Origin: Bacteroidales bacterium
GTDB lineage: Bacteria > Bacteroidota > Bacteroidia > Bacteroidales > UBA3824
Direction: 5' to 3'
Length of the DNA stretch: 64,000 bases
NCBI GenBank assembly: GCA_017535325.1
Contig: JAFXUC010000029.1
Coordinates: 14,878 to 78,877 of the forward strand
Positions 19,821-28,398 of this stretch are shown in pieces; the stretch's first letter is position 1, and each line of letters starts with the position of its first letter. The translations under genes were made by a program, and so were the position numbers. The notes under the pieces are model-generated. The model had not been told where the DNA came from and did not search any database. It worked only from the letters and a program-made list of their open reading frames with translations.

Positions 19821-20744
19821 TTACAAAAACCTCACGCTCCTTACTTTTTGCGCCGGTTTTGATTTTTCTGGCATAAAACTGTATCCCAACATCAGTTCAA
19901 AAGAACCTGAGTTTGTTTTTCTGAGTTTTGAGATTCCGACTTCGTAAGCCGCGCCTACCTTGAAATCTCCCGCCACTATCAATCCCGCCAAGAGCGTTAT
20001 TGCATCTTCGTTTCTATAAGTAACGCCGCCCCATGCTTTTTTATTGTATAAAACATTAAGATTTATATCAAATTGTAAGGCGTTGCCGTCTGACATTACA
20101 ATAACCGAGGGTGTCAAATCAAATAACGAATTGGACAAAGAAATATTATACGAACCCGTTAAAAAATAATGTCTTGCCAAAAATGTCTGTCCGTCTTCCG
20201 AAAAATCCAATGCCGGCTCGTGAATGTGCGAAGACGAAAGTCCGAGCGTAAGTCCACCTATGTTATAATAAACTCCCGCGCCCAAATCAAAAATCATTTT
20301 GCGGGTTTTGCCTTGAAAAATCGCTTCAAATTCGTCCGGAAACTGCCAGTCGCCGTCAATGGACTTGTTGTAAAGCCCCGCGTCAACGCCTATTGCAAAA
20401 ACTCCCGCACCGGCTTGTATGTGGTGCGAATAAGCCGCCTTAGCAGTGAAATTGGTCTCGTAGCCGATGTCGTCGTTTACCATCGTAAAGCCGATTCCGT
20501 GCTGACGGCCGAGAATGTTGACCGGCATGTCGGCTGTCAGCATCGTTGTTTTAGGACCGCCGTCAAGTCCGAGCCACTGGTTTCTGTAAATCAAAGTGCC
20601 GTTGATAACGCCTTCCGTGCCGCAATAGGCGGGATTGTAGCCCGTCTGGTTGAACATGAAATGGCTGTAATGCGGATCTTGCTGCGCAAAACAGCAGTAA
20701 GCATTAAGCAGCACCGTTAAGACGGCTAATAAATGTTTCATCAT
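19821..20744 (-). CDS. porP: type IX secretion system membrane protein PorP/SprF
   Basis: Signal peptide followed by AQQDPHYSHFMFNQTGYNPAYCG, the hallmark PorP/SprF N-terminus. About 300-aa beta-barrel. Confidence 0.85.
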   Translation of the reverse strand: MMKHLLAVLTVLLNAYCCFAQQDPHYSHFMFNQTGYNPAYCGTEGVINGTLIYRNQWLGLDGGPKTTMLTADMPVNILGRQHGIGFTMVNDDIGYETNFTAKAAYSHHIQAGAGVFAIGVDAGLYNKSIDGDWQFPDEFEAIFQGKTRKMIFDLGAGVYYNIGGLTLGLSSSHIHEPALDFSEDGQTFLARHYFLTGSYNISLSNSLFDLTPSVIVMSDGNALQFDINLNVLYNKKAWGGVTYRNEDAITLLAGLIVAGDFKVGAAYEVGISKLRKTNSGSFELMLGYSFMPEKSKPAQKVRSVRFL

Positions 20745-23257
20745 TTGCTTGTTTTTTTAGTTTTTTTTGCAGGTTTTTCTTCCTTGCCGCCGTTTTTAAC
20801 GCCCGCTATTGCAAGACATTCCTCTTCGGAAAGTTTTGCGGGGTCGGTCTGTGCGGCAATTTTGAAGTATTTTTTCTTGTACCAAACCGTCGGGTGTCCC
20901 CAGCGGTCTTTTACAACTTTGAGGTCGTCGCTGAACTCTTTAATAAGCCTTGCCGCGTCGGTTTCTCTCTTTTGGTTGATTAACTCGATGCAACGCTCGT
21001 AACTTACGGTCATCGGGTCGTCGGTCTTTTTGAGCGAGATGAATTTGCCGGCGTGAGAAATGTAAGGTCCGAACCTTCCCACCGCAACCGTCATTTTCTT
21101 GTCTTCGTATTCGCCGACAACTCTCGGTAATTCAAAGAGTTTTAATGCTTCATTTAAAGTAACTTTTTCAACAGTCAGCGGTTTCAAAAGTGTTGCGTAC
21201 TGAGGCTTTTCGTCGCCTTCGTTTTCGCCGAGTTGAACCATAGGACCAAACCTGCCGACTCTCGCGTAAACGTTTTTGCCGGTTTTCGGGTCAGTACCCA
21301 ACAGCCGTCCTCCCTGCTCATTATTAAGCAGTTGAAGTGCCTCTTCTAATGTAATACTTTCAATATGCTGACCTTTTGTAATCGAAGCGTAAACGGGTTT
21401 TTCGTCATCGGTGGTCTCGCCTAACTGAACGATAGGACCAAACCTTCCGATTCTTACCGAAACGGGTTTGCCGGTTTTCGGGTCGTTGCCCAAAACTCTT
21501 TCGCCGACACTGCGTTTGCCTTCGATACTCTTGCCGATTGTCTCGTGGAACGGGTCGTAAAACTCTTTCAGCATTTTAGCCCATTCGAGGTTGCCTTCTG
21601 CGATTTCGTCAAAATCTTTCTCCACCCTTGCCGTAAAGTTGTAGTCCATAATGTCAGTGAAATTCTCTGACAGATAGTCCGTTACAACCATTGCAATATC
21701 GGTGCAGAAAAGTTTGTTTTTTTCCGCGCCGGTGGTTTCCGTCTTTACGCTGCGGGTGATTTTGCCGTCTTTTAACAAAAGGCTGACATATTCGCGCTCC
21801 GTGCCGGGACGGTCTTCTTTAAGAACGTAACCTCTTTTTATCACCGTTGTAATAATAGGTGCGTAGGTTGACGGACGGCCGATTCCGAGTTCTTCAAGCC
21901 TTTTGACGAGGCTTGCCTCCGTGTAACGCGCCGAAGGACGTGTGAATTTCTGGTTGACTTCCAAATTGTCAAGGAACAACGCCATGCTCTTTTTTAAGTC
22001 GGGCAGGAGTTGCTCGTCTGAATCGCTTTCATCGTCGGTGCCTTCCAAGTAGACTTTCAAAAAGCCGTCAAATTTTACCGTTTCGCCGGTTGCTGAGAAT
22101 ACCGCGCCGTTGTTAGCGGACTCTATTTCGATGTTTCTCCTTTCCAAAACTGCGTCCGACATCTGAGATGCGAGAGTGCGTTTTAAGATTATTTCATAAA
22201 GGCGTTGCTCGTCCCATTTCTGACTTACGACCTGACGTTTTACAGAAGTCGGACGGATAGCCTCGTGAGCCTCCTGTGCGCCTTTGGCTTTTGTCTGATA
22301 CTGACGGGGTTTTGAATAGTTTTCGCCGTAGGTTTCGGTGATGAAACTTTTGCAGTCGTTGATGCAGAATGCGCTGAGGTTCACGCTGTCAGTTCTCATA
22401 TAAGTGATAAATCCCGACTCGTAAAGGCTCTGCGCCAGAGTCATCGTCTGACTTACCGAAAAACCGAGTTTGCGGCTTGCCTCCTGTTGAAGCGTAGAAG
22501 TTGTAAACGGCGGTGCGGGAGTACGCTTTGCCGGTTTTGTCTCAATGTTTTTAACTGCAAAACTGCTGTTGAGACAGCCTTCGAGAAGTGTTTTTGCCGC
22601 TTGTTCGTTTTCGAGAGTGCCGGTGTATTCGGCTCTGAAAGTGGTGTTTTTTGCAAACGGAACGGTGAATTTTCCCACCGCCTTATAATAATCAGTGGAT
22701 TGGAAATTCATGATTTCCCTTTCCCTTTCAACAATCAGCCTTACCGCAACCGACTGTACGCGGCCTGCGCTGAGGTTGCTTTTAACCTTTTTCCAAAGCA
22801 CCTCGCTGAGTTCAAAGCCTACAAGACGGTCGAGAATACGCCTTGCCTGTTGAGCGTTGACAAGGTTTAAGTTGATGGTGCGCGGGTTTTTTACCGCCTC
22901 GTCGATGGCGGTTTTTGTGATTTCGTGAAAAACAATTCGTTTTGTGGTTTCAACGGGCAGTTTCAGCGTTACAGCCAGGTGCCATGCGATAGCCTCTCCT
23001 TCGCGGTCCTCATCGGATGCGAGCCAGACGGTCTGTGCTGCCTTGACGTCTTTTTTTAGTTCGCTGACAACTTTTTTCTTTTCGGCGTCAACCTCGTAGG
23101 TCGGCTCGAAACCGTGTTCAATGTCAATTCCGTAATTTTTTTTCGCCAAATCCCTGATATGTCCGAAACTCGGCTTTACAATGTAGTCTTCGCCCAAAAG
23201 TTTGCCGATAGTCTTGGCTTTTGCGGGAGACTCCACAATCACTAAATTCTTTGCCAT
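20741..23257 (-). CDS. topA: DNA topoisomerase I
   Basis: Start moved to the ATG at 23257 (MAKNLVIVESPAKAKTIGKLLG, Toprim). Three C-terminal GRFGP repeats and a Lys-rich tail. The stop overlaps the porP start. Confidence 0.95.
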   Translation of the reverse strand: MAKNLVIVESPAKAKTIGKLLGEDYIVKPSFGHIRDLAKKNYGIDIEHGFEPTYEVDAEKKKVVSELKKDVKAAQTVWLASDEDREGEAIAWHLAVTLKLPVETTKRIVFHEITKTAIDEAVKNPRTINLNLVNAQQARRILDRLVGFELSEVLWKKVKSNLSAGRVQSVAVRLIVEREREIMNFQSTDYYKAVGKFTVPFAKNTTFRAEYTGTLENEQAAKTLLEGCLNSSFAVKNIETKPAKRTPAPPFTTSTLQQEASRKLGFSVSQTMTLAQSLYESGFITYMRTDSVNLSAFCINDCKSFITETYGENYSKPRQYQTKAKGAQEAHEAIRPTSVKRQVVSQKWDEQRLYEIILKRTLASQMSDAVLERRNIEIESANNGAVFSATGETVKFDGFLKVYLEGTDDESDSDEQLLPDLKKSMALFLDNLEVNQKFTRPSARYTEASLVKRLEELGIGRPSTYAPIITTVIKRGYVLKEDRPGTEREYVSLLLKDGKITRSVKTETTGAEKNKLFCTDIAMVVTDYLSENFTDIMDYNFTARVEKDFDEIAEGNLEWAKMLKEFYDPFHETIGKSIEGKRSVGERVLGNDPKTGKPVSVRIGRFGPIVQLGETTDDEKPVYASITKGQHIESITLEEALQLLNNEQGGRLLGTDPKTGKNVYARVGRFGPMVQLGENEGDEKPQYATLLKPLTVEKVTLNEALKLFELPRVVGEYEDKKMTVAVGRFGPYISHAGKFISLKKTDDPMTVSYERCIELINQKRETDAARLIKEFSDDLKVVKDRWGHPTVWYKKKYFKIAAQTDPAKLSEEECLAIAGVKNGGKEEKPAKKTKKTSK

Positions 23258-23415
23258 TTGTATTGAATCGTTTTTACGTAAAAAATCAAAGCGCAAAATA
23301 ATAAAAATTATTGCGGACGGACAAATTTTTTTTGAAAATTATTTCGGGGTTAAATGCCGTTTAAAAAATATCATAAACTTTTTTGCTTTTAGTGTTTTAG
23401 GTTACTTTTTTTTGT

Positions 23416-23423
23416 TATATTTG
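23416..23423 (+). promoter_or_regulatory. Bacteroidota -7 box (TATATTTG)
   Basis: TAnnTTTG match 39 nt upstream of the ATG at 23462. Confidence 0.45.
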
Positions 23424-23461
23424 CAAAATATTTTTCCTTACAAAAAACGACGTACAAAAAA

Positions 23462-25963
23462 ATGGAATTGAGTGAAAAAACAAAAAGAAATTTCTTTATT
23501 TTACTTTGGGCGGGATTTTTGATTCCCGTTATAGCAGTTTTTATTATCTTGTTTATGATTGGGACGGGTCATTTGGGATATATTCCTGATTTTGAGGAAC
23601 TTGAAAATCCCAAAAGCAGTCTTGCCTCGCAGATAATTTCGTCTGACGGTGTCCTTCTCGGAAAATTTTACAAGGAAAACCGCACGACTGAAAACCGTTT
23701 CAACGATATTCCAATCAACATAAAATCGGCTCTTCTTGCTACCGAAGACGTGCGCTTTTACGAGCATTACGGCGTGGACTTGCAGTCGCTTTTCAGAGTT
23801 GCAAAAGGTCTTGCGACAAGAAACGCTTCGTCAGGCGGCGGAAGTACGATTTCGCAGCAGTTGGCAAAAAACCTTTACAACATGCGCGACCATGAGCGTC
23901 CGAGAGGTCTTATGGGAAAAATCGTTATGAAACTTCAAGAATGGGTTACCGCCGTAAAACTTGAACGCCGTTATTGTAAGGACGAAATCATGTCAATGTA
24001 TCTTAACACCGTCGGTTTCGGTCATAACGCTTACGGAATTGAGGCGGCTTCAAAGACGTTTTTCGGTTGCAAGCCCGAAGATTTGAAACTCGAAGAGGCT
24101 TCCGTGCTTGTCGGCTTGTTGAAAGCCCCGACGAAATACAGTCCGAAGTCAAACCCGAAAAATGCCAAAAACCGCAGAAACACGGTGCTTTCTCAAATCG
24201 AAAAATATCAGTCAAAAGTCAGCAAAGATGTCCGCGGTTACAAAATGCTTTCTCATTCGGAGTTTGAAAGCCTTAAAGCCTCGGATATAGTTTTGAAATT
24301 TTCGCAGGATACTCACGTTGAAGGACTTGCGCCGTATTTCAGAGAATTTTTGAGAACTACGATGACCGCCAAAAAGCCCGAAAGAATTAATTACGCTTCG
24401 TGGCAAGACGATATTTACCATGAAGATTCTCTTATGTGGGAGACAAATCCGCTTTACGGCTGGTGTTATAAAAACCAAAAAGCAAACGGTGAAAATTACA
24501 ACATCTACAACGACGGTCTTAAAATTTACGTTACGATAGATTCCCGTATGCAAAAATATGCGGAAGAGGCTGTTCGCGAGCACATGGGTACAGGTTATAA
24601 ACTGCCTAACGGTACAAAACAAGAAGGACTTCAATCGGTTTTTGAGAGGATTGAAATCAGAAAACATAAAAACAACCGTCCTTTTAGCGCGAGAATTTCG
24701 GAGGCGCAGATAAAACAGATTATGAACCAGTCTGTTAAGAGAACGGAGCGTTGGAGAATCGGCAGCAAGGTCAACAAACTTGACTCCGTTACGATTATGA
24801 AACAGTTTTACACGCCGACTAATATGCGGGTTTTCACCTGGCAGCACCCTGAGGGCGTTGATACGGTGATGACGCCGTGGGATTCGATTCTCTATTACAA
24901 AAAGTTTCTGCGCTGCGGCATGATGAGTATGGAGCCTCAATCGGGACACGTAAAAGCGTACGTCGGCGGCATCGATTACCATTATTTTCAGTATGACCAC
25001 GTAAGTTTGGGACGGCGTCAGGTCGGCTCTACTTTCAAACCGTATGTTTATGCGGCTATGTTCTTGAACCACAGGGAAATCCAACCCGACCATTTAGTTG
25101 CTAATGTGGAATATTCAATCGACAATCCGGGCGGTATTCCTCCGCATTATACGCCGAAATTTTCAAAATCTTCGCGCGACGGTCAGATGATAAAACTTTC
25201 AACGGGTCTTGGTCTTAGTCTTAACCAGATTTCAGCATGGTGTATGAAACAGACGTCGCCGAAAGCCGTTTTGGAATTGGTGAGAAAGTTGGGCATAATT
25301 TCGCCCGTTCCCGAAGCACCGAGTATCTGTGTAGGTTCGGCGGAGGTAAAACTCAAAGAAATGGTGGCGGCTTACTGCGGTTTTGCCAACAACGGATTTT
25401 CAACTTCACCTGTCTTTGTGGTTGCAATAGAGGACAAGAACGGCAACAAAATCAGCGAGTTCTCCTCAACGCACAATCAGGCGATGGAGGCTATCGAGGC
25501 TTACAAAATGGTTGAAATGTTAAGGGTTGTAACCCACGGCGGCACGGCAAGCAGAATTTCCGCGTCATACGGTTTCAACATTGCGGCTGACTGCGGCGGC
25601 AAAACCGGAACAACAAACCTCAACGCCGACGGCTGGTTTATGGGCATAACCCCGCAACTTGTTTCAGGCGTTTGGACGGGCGGCGAAGAGCGTTCGGTTC
25701 AGTTTTCAAACGGTGAATGGGGACAGGGTTCAAGACTTGCGATGCCGGTCTGGGGACTTTATATGAGAAAAATTTACGACGACCCCGACCTTTCAAAGAT
25801 TTACCGCGACGACGTAAGATTTGAAATGCCTGAGGATTATGAAAAATATGTTCAGGAAAACAAGTCAAACGTTCAAAACAATTCCGGCATCGAAAGCAAC
25901 GTTGACGGCAACGAGTTCAACAATTATAACAACAACGACGACATTCAGGAAGGGGATTATTAA
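23462..25963 (+). CDS. mrcA: class A penicillin-binding protein (transglycosylase + transpeptidase, PBP1A-like)
   Basis: N-terminal TM. GT51 motifs ATEDVRFYEHYGVD and GGSTISQQLAKN. Transpeptidase motifs STFKP and KTGTT. Asn-rich C-terminal tail. Confidence 0.9.
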   Translation: MELSEKTKRNFFILLWAGFLIPVIAVFIILFMIGTGHLGYIPDFEELENPKSSLASQIISSDGVLLGKFYKENRTTENRFNDIPINIKSALLATEDVRFYEHYGVDLQSLFRVAKGLATRNASSGGGSTISQQLAKNLYNMRDHERPRGLMGKIVMKLQEWVTAVKLERRYCKDEIMSMYLNTVGFGHNAYGIEAASKTFFGCKPEDLKLEEASVLVGLLKAPTKYSPKSNPKNAKNRRNTVLSQIEKYQSKVSKDVRGYKMLSHSEFESLKASDIVLKFSQDTHVEGLAPYFREFLRTTMTAKKPERINYASWQDDIYHEDSLMWETNPLYGWCYKNQKANGENYNIYNDGLKIYVTIDSRMQKYAEEAVREHMGTGYKLPNGTKQEGLQSVFERIEIRKHKNNRPFSARISEAQIKQIMNQSVKRTERWRIGSKVNKLDSVTIMKQFYTPTNMRVFTWQHPEGVDTVMTPWDSILYYKKFLRCGMMSMEPQSGHVKAYVGGIDYHYFQYDHVSLGRRQVGSTFKPYVYAAMFLNHREIQPDHLVANVEYSIDNPGGIPPHYTPKFSKSSRDGQMIKLSTGLGLSLNQISAWCMKQTSPKAVLELVRKLGIISPVPEAPSICVGSAEVKLKEMVAAYCGFANNGFSTSPVFVVAIEDKNGNKISEFSSTHNQAMEAIEAYKMVEMLRVVTHGGTASRISASYGFNIAADCGGKTGTTNLNADGWFMGITPQLVSGVWTGGEERSVQFSNGEWGQGSRLAMPVWGLYMRKIYDDPDLSKIYRDDVRFEMPEDYEKYVQENKSNVQNNSGIESNVDGNEFNNYNNNDDIQEGDY

Positions 25964-26766
25964 TGAAACTGACTTTTGCGGCTTTGGCGTTTGCGGTGTT
26001 TTTTTCATCGTGTGTTCATGAGATTCCGTTTTCGATAGACGGGGTTGACACTACTGCCGTTGTCGTGGAAGGTACGATAACAAACGAGTTTATTAATCAC
26101 CCTGTTTATATTTCGAGGCTGTCGGGCTACGGCGATACGGCAAGAGTTCCGCTCAAAAACGCCAAACTTGTCGCCGTAACCTCGTCAGACAACAGTGCGA
26201 CGTATTATTATCAGGAGACTTCCGACGGACTTTATACTTCGGTAGAAAAGTTCGTCGGCGTTACCGGCAATACATATTTTCTTCACATCGAACTTGACAG
26301 CATGGTTATAAGTGCCAAAACTACGATGCTGCCCGTTACTCAGCCAGAAAAAATCAAGTACAGCCGAAAAGATAACGGATTGTATTCAATAGATTACGTT
26401 TCAGACAGTTATGTTAAAGAAAATCCTGCGAAATACGTTCTGAACCTTTCGTGGGATACTGTTAACACGGCAACGCTTTATTATTATTCTTTGACGACGA
26501 CCGACATTGCGCAACTTTTTGCGCCGAAAATGCAGGTTACATATTTTCCGGAAGGGGCGCAGATAATAGAGAAAAAATATTCAATTGACAAGGATTATGA
26601 AATTTATCTGCGCTCGCTGCTTGCGGAGACGGTCTGGACGGGCGGCTATTTTGACGAGGCGCACGGAAATCTTCACACCAACATTACAAGCGACAATCCG
26701 AGGGTAAAAACCGCCGGTTATTTTTCAGCAAACACCGTTTATATAGATACGATATTGGTGAAGTGA
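25963..26766 (+). CDS. DUF4249-like lipoprotein
   Basis: Lipobox FFSSC followed by AVVVEGTITNEFINHPVYISR, typical of DUF4249. The start overlaps the PBP stop (TAATG). Confidence 0.55.
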   Translation: MKLTFAALAFAVFFSSCVHEIPFSIDGVDTTAVVVEGTITNEFINHPVYISRLSGYGDTARVPLKNAKLVAVTSSDNSATYYYQETSDGLYTSVEKFVGVTGNTYFLHIELDSMVISAKTTMLPVTQPEKIKYSRKDNGLYSIDYVSDSYVKENPAKYVLNLSWDTVNTATLYYYSLTTTDIAQLFAPKMQVTYFPEGAQIIEKKYSIDKDYEIYLRSLLAETVWTGGYFDEAHGNLHTNITSDNPRVKTAGYFSANTVYIDTILVK

Positions 26767-26779
26767 TATTATAAGAAGT

Positions 26780-26808
26780 GTTGGAGTGCGGGCTTCCAGC
26801 CCGCTTTG
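26780..26808. terminator. GC-rich hairpin (bidirectional terminator) between the DUF4249 gene and the ParE-like gene
   Basis: GTTGGAGT-GCGGGCT-TCC-AGCCCGC-TTTG. A near-identical 26-nt module recurs at 59386..59411. Confidence 0.6.
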
Positions 26809-26819
26809 CTCTAAATACA

Positions 26820-27131
26820 TTATTTAACTTGTGCAGCAAGTGTGTCCGGGTCGCGGCGGCAGTCCCAAAAATCCACCACAGAAACACAATCATCCTTGAT
26901 GCAATAGACAATCTTATTATGACGTGAAACGACAAAACTGCGGTATTCACAAGGCAAATCAATTAAGAAAGGCTCCAACTTTCCGATATAAGGATTGTTT
27001 TCTATAAGTTTTCTCGTATGACGCACCTCGCTCATAAATTTATCTTTACTTTTTCTGCCGAACTCCGTCAAAATGTATTTGGCAGTTTTGTAAATCGCTT
27101 GTTTTGCAAACTTTGAAATAAAAACTTTCAT
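26820..27131 (-). CDS. ParE/RelE-superfamily type II toxin (cassette 1)
   Basis: 103 aa. Typical Bacteroidota ParE-like layout: ...NPYIGKLEPFL...YRSFVVSRHNKIVYCIKDD.VSVVDFWDCRRDP. 4-nt overlap with the upstream small acidic ORF. Confidence 0.75.
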   Translation of the reverse strand: MKVFISKFAKQAIYKTAKYILTEFGRKSKDKFMSEVRHTRKLIENNPYIGKLEPFLIDLPCEYRSFVVSRHNKIVYCIKDDCVSVVDFWDCRRDPDTLAAQVK

Positions 27132-27451
27132 ACCGCTTCTGCCATTTCAAGTTCTGGTTCTTCGATTTTGAGTTCTGACTCTATTTCGTCCATCGCTTCA
27201 TCAAAATCCATATATTCTCCTGCGGCAAACTGCTTTTCACTTTCGGCAATCCGCGCATGAAGTTCTTCAATTGTATAAGGCATGGGAAAGTCCTCTTCTT
27301 CTTCCGACTCTACAAACACCGGTTCAAGACTTCCAAGCAGCATCAAGCCTAATTCATATCTCTGAGCATTATTCAGATTCCATTTTTGCACCTCGTCCCA
27401 ATACGTTGAAACCTGCGGCGCAGCAGTACGTTTTTTTGTTAATGTTTCCAT
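27128..27451 (-). CDS. putative antitoxin of cassette 1 (acidic, 107 aa)
   Basis: Start moved to the ATG at 27451 (METLTKKRTAAPQ...). Acidic C-terminus (EEPELEMAEAV). Translationally coupled to the toxin. No recognisable RHH/HTH. Confidence 0.6.
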   Translation of the reverse strand: METLTKKRTAAPQVSTYWDEVQKWNLNNAQRYELGLMLLGSLEPVFVESEEEEDFPMPYTIEELHARIAESEKQFAAGEYMDFDEAMDEIESELKIEEPELEMAEAV

Positions 27452-27538
27452 AGTAATTTTATTTTTACGGGGTAAAGGTAAAGATTTTTTTTGAATGAAC
27501 AACGTTTTTTTATAATTATTAATTCAATGTTAACAAAA

Positions 27539-27762
27539 TGGAAAAACGATTTTGCACCTTGCAATAATGACTTTTCCATAGTGGAAAAACGATTTTGCAC
27601 CTTGCAATAATGACTTCTCCATAGTGGAAAAATGATTTTGCACCTTGCAATAATGACTTTTCCATAGTGGAAAAACGATTTCGCAGGTTGCAATAATGAC
27701 TTTTCCATAGTGGAAAAATGATTTTGCACCTTGCAATAATGACTTCTCCATAATGGAAAAAC
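27539..27762 (-). repeat. tandem array of 43-bp direct repeats (5 full units plus a 9-nt partial), no spacers
   Basis: Units start at 27539, 27582, 27625, 27668, 27711 and 27754. Plus-strand unit: TGGAAAAACGATTTTGCACCTTGCAATAATGACTTTTCCATAG. It contains the palindromes TTTTCCA-TAG-TGGAAAA and TTGCA-CCT-TGCAA. A conserved 40-nt flank lies at 27497..27536. Confidence 0.95.
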
Positions 27763-27776
27763 TAAATCACAAAAAA

Positions 27777-28091
27777 TTAATACACAAATTCTTTCTTTAA
27801 TTTTTCAGGATTGCGTCTCATATCCCAGAAATCGACTATTTCTATGCTGTAATTACTTATATAGTAGATAATTCTGTTGTATTTGTCAATTATGTAACTT
27901 CTGAATTTCAACGGCGCATCTTCCAATAAAAGTTCTGTTTGACCAAGTTTCGGGTTGTTTTCTAAAAGTTCAGTAATATGAAAAACTTTTTTCAGAAATT
28001 TGGTTTTACTCTTTTTCCCGTATTCGGTTTCTATGTAATCCGCAGTTTTTGAAACCTTTTTCAAGGCGAATTTTGACCATATTACTTTCAT
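27777..28091 (-). CDS. ParE/RelE-superfamily type II toxin (cassette 2)
   Basis: 104 aa paralog of 26820..27131 (NPKLGQTELLL...FRSYIIDKYNRIIYYISNYSIEIVDFWDMRRNP). 4-nt overlap with its upstream partner. Confidence 0.75.
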   Translation of the reverse strand: MKVIWSKFALKKVSKTADYIETEYGKKSKTKFLKKVFHITELLENNPKLGQTELLLEDAPLKFRSYIIDKYNRIIYYISNYSIEIVDFWDMRRNPEKLKKEFVY

Positions 28092-28339
28092 GCCGTCTCC
28101 AATTCGTATTCTTCCATGCCGAGCATCGCCATAACTTCCTCATTTGTATAACATTCGCCGTTTTCTATTTGGCGGTGTCCTGTCATGGCGCGTTTGATAA
28201 GTTCTTCTTTGGGATTTAAATTCAAGAATTCTTTTTCCGTGAGATAATTTTCTAATTCGTCAATCAGCCACGAAATATCTTTGTTGGAAAGCGTCCCGAT
28301 GATAAAATCCTTAAACTTGATTAATTCGTCTTTGTTCAT
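28088..28339 (-). CDS. putative antitoxin of cassette 2 (83 aa)
   Basis: Small acidic protein ending EEYELETA. Translationally coupled to the toxin. Confidence 0.6.
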   Translation of the reverse strand: MNKDELIKFKDFIIGTLSNKDISWLIDELENYLTEKEFLNLNPKEELIKRAMTGHRQIENGECYTNEEVMAMLGMEEYELETA

Positions 28340-28398
28340 GATTTTAGAAATTTAAGCCGCCGTAAAAATATGAAAGAAAATTTGTTTTGCAAAATTTT

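Noticed and set aside
27439-27751. Track ORFs 27439..27729(-) and 27530..27751(-), whose translations show repeated MEKSLLQGAKSFFHYGKVIIARCKI peptides
   Set aside because: They are translations of the 43-bp tandem array. The period is not a multiple of 3, so the peptide repeat (43 aa, or three units) is a frame-cycling artefact. There is no plausible start context, and they overlap each other in different frames.
27539-27762. CRISPR array interpretation of the 43-bp repeats (also for 59462..59740)
   Set aside because: The whole 43-bp period is repeated with no unique spacer sequences between repeats. No cas genes or leader-like asymmetry are present in the window.
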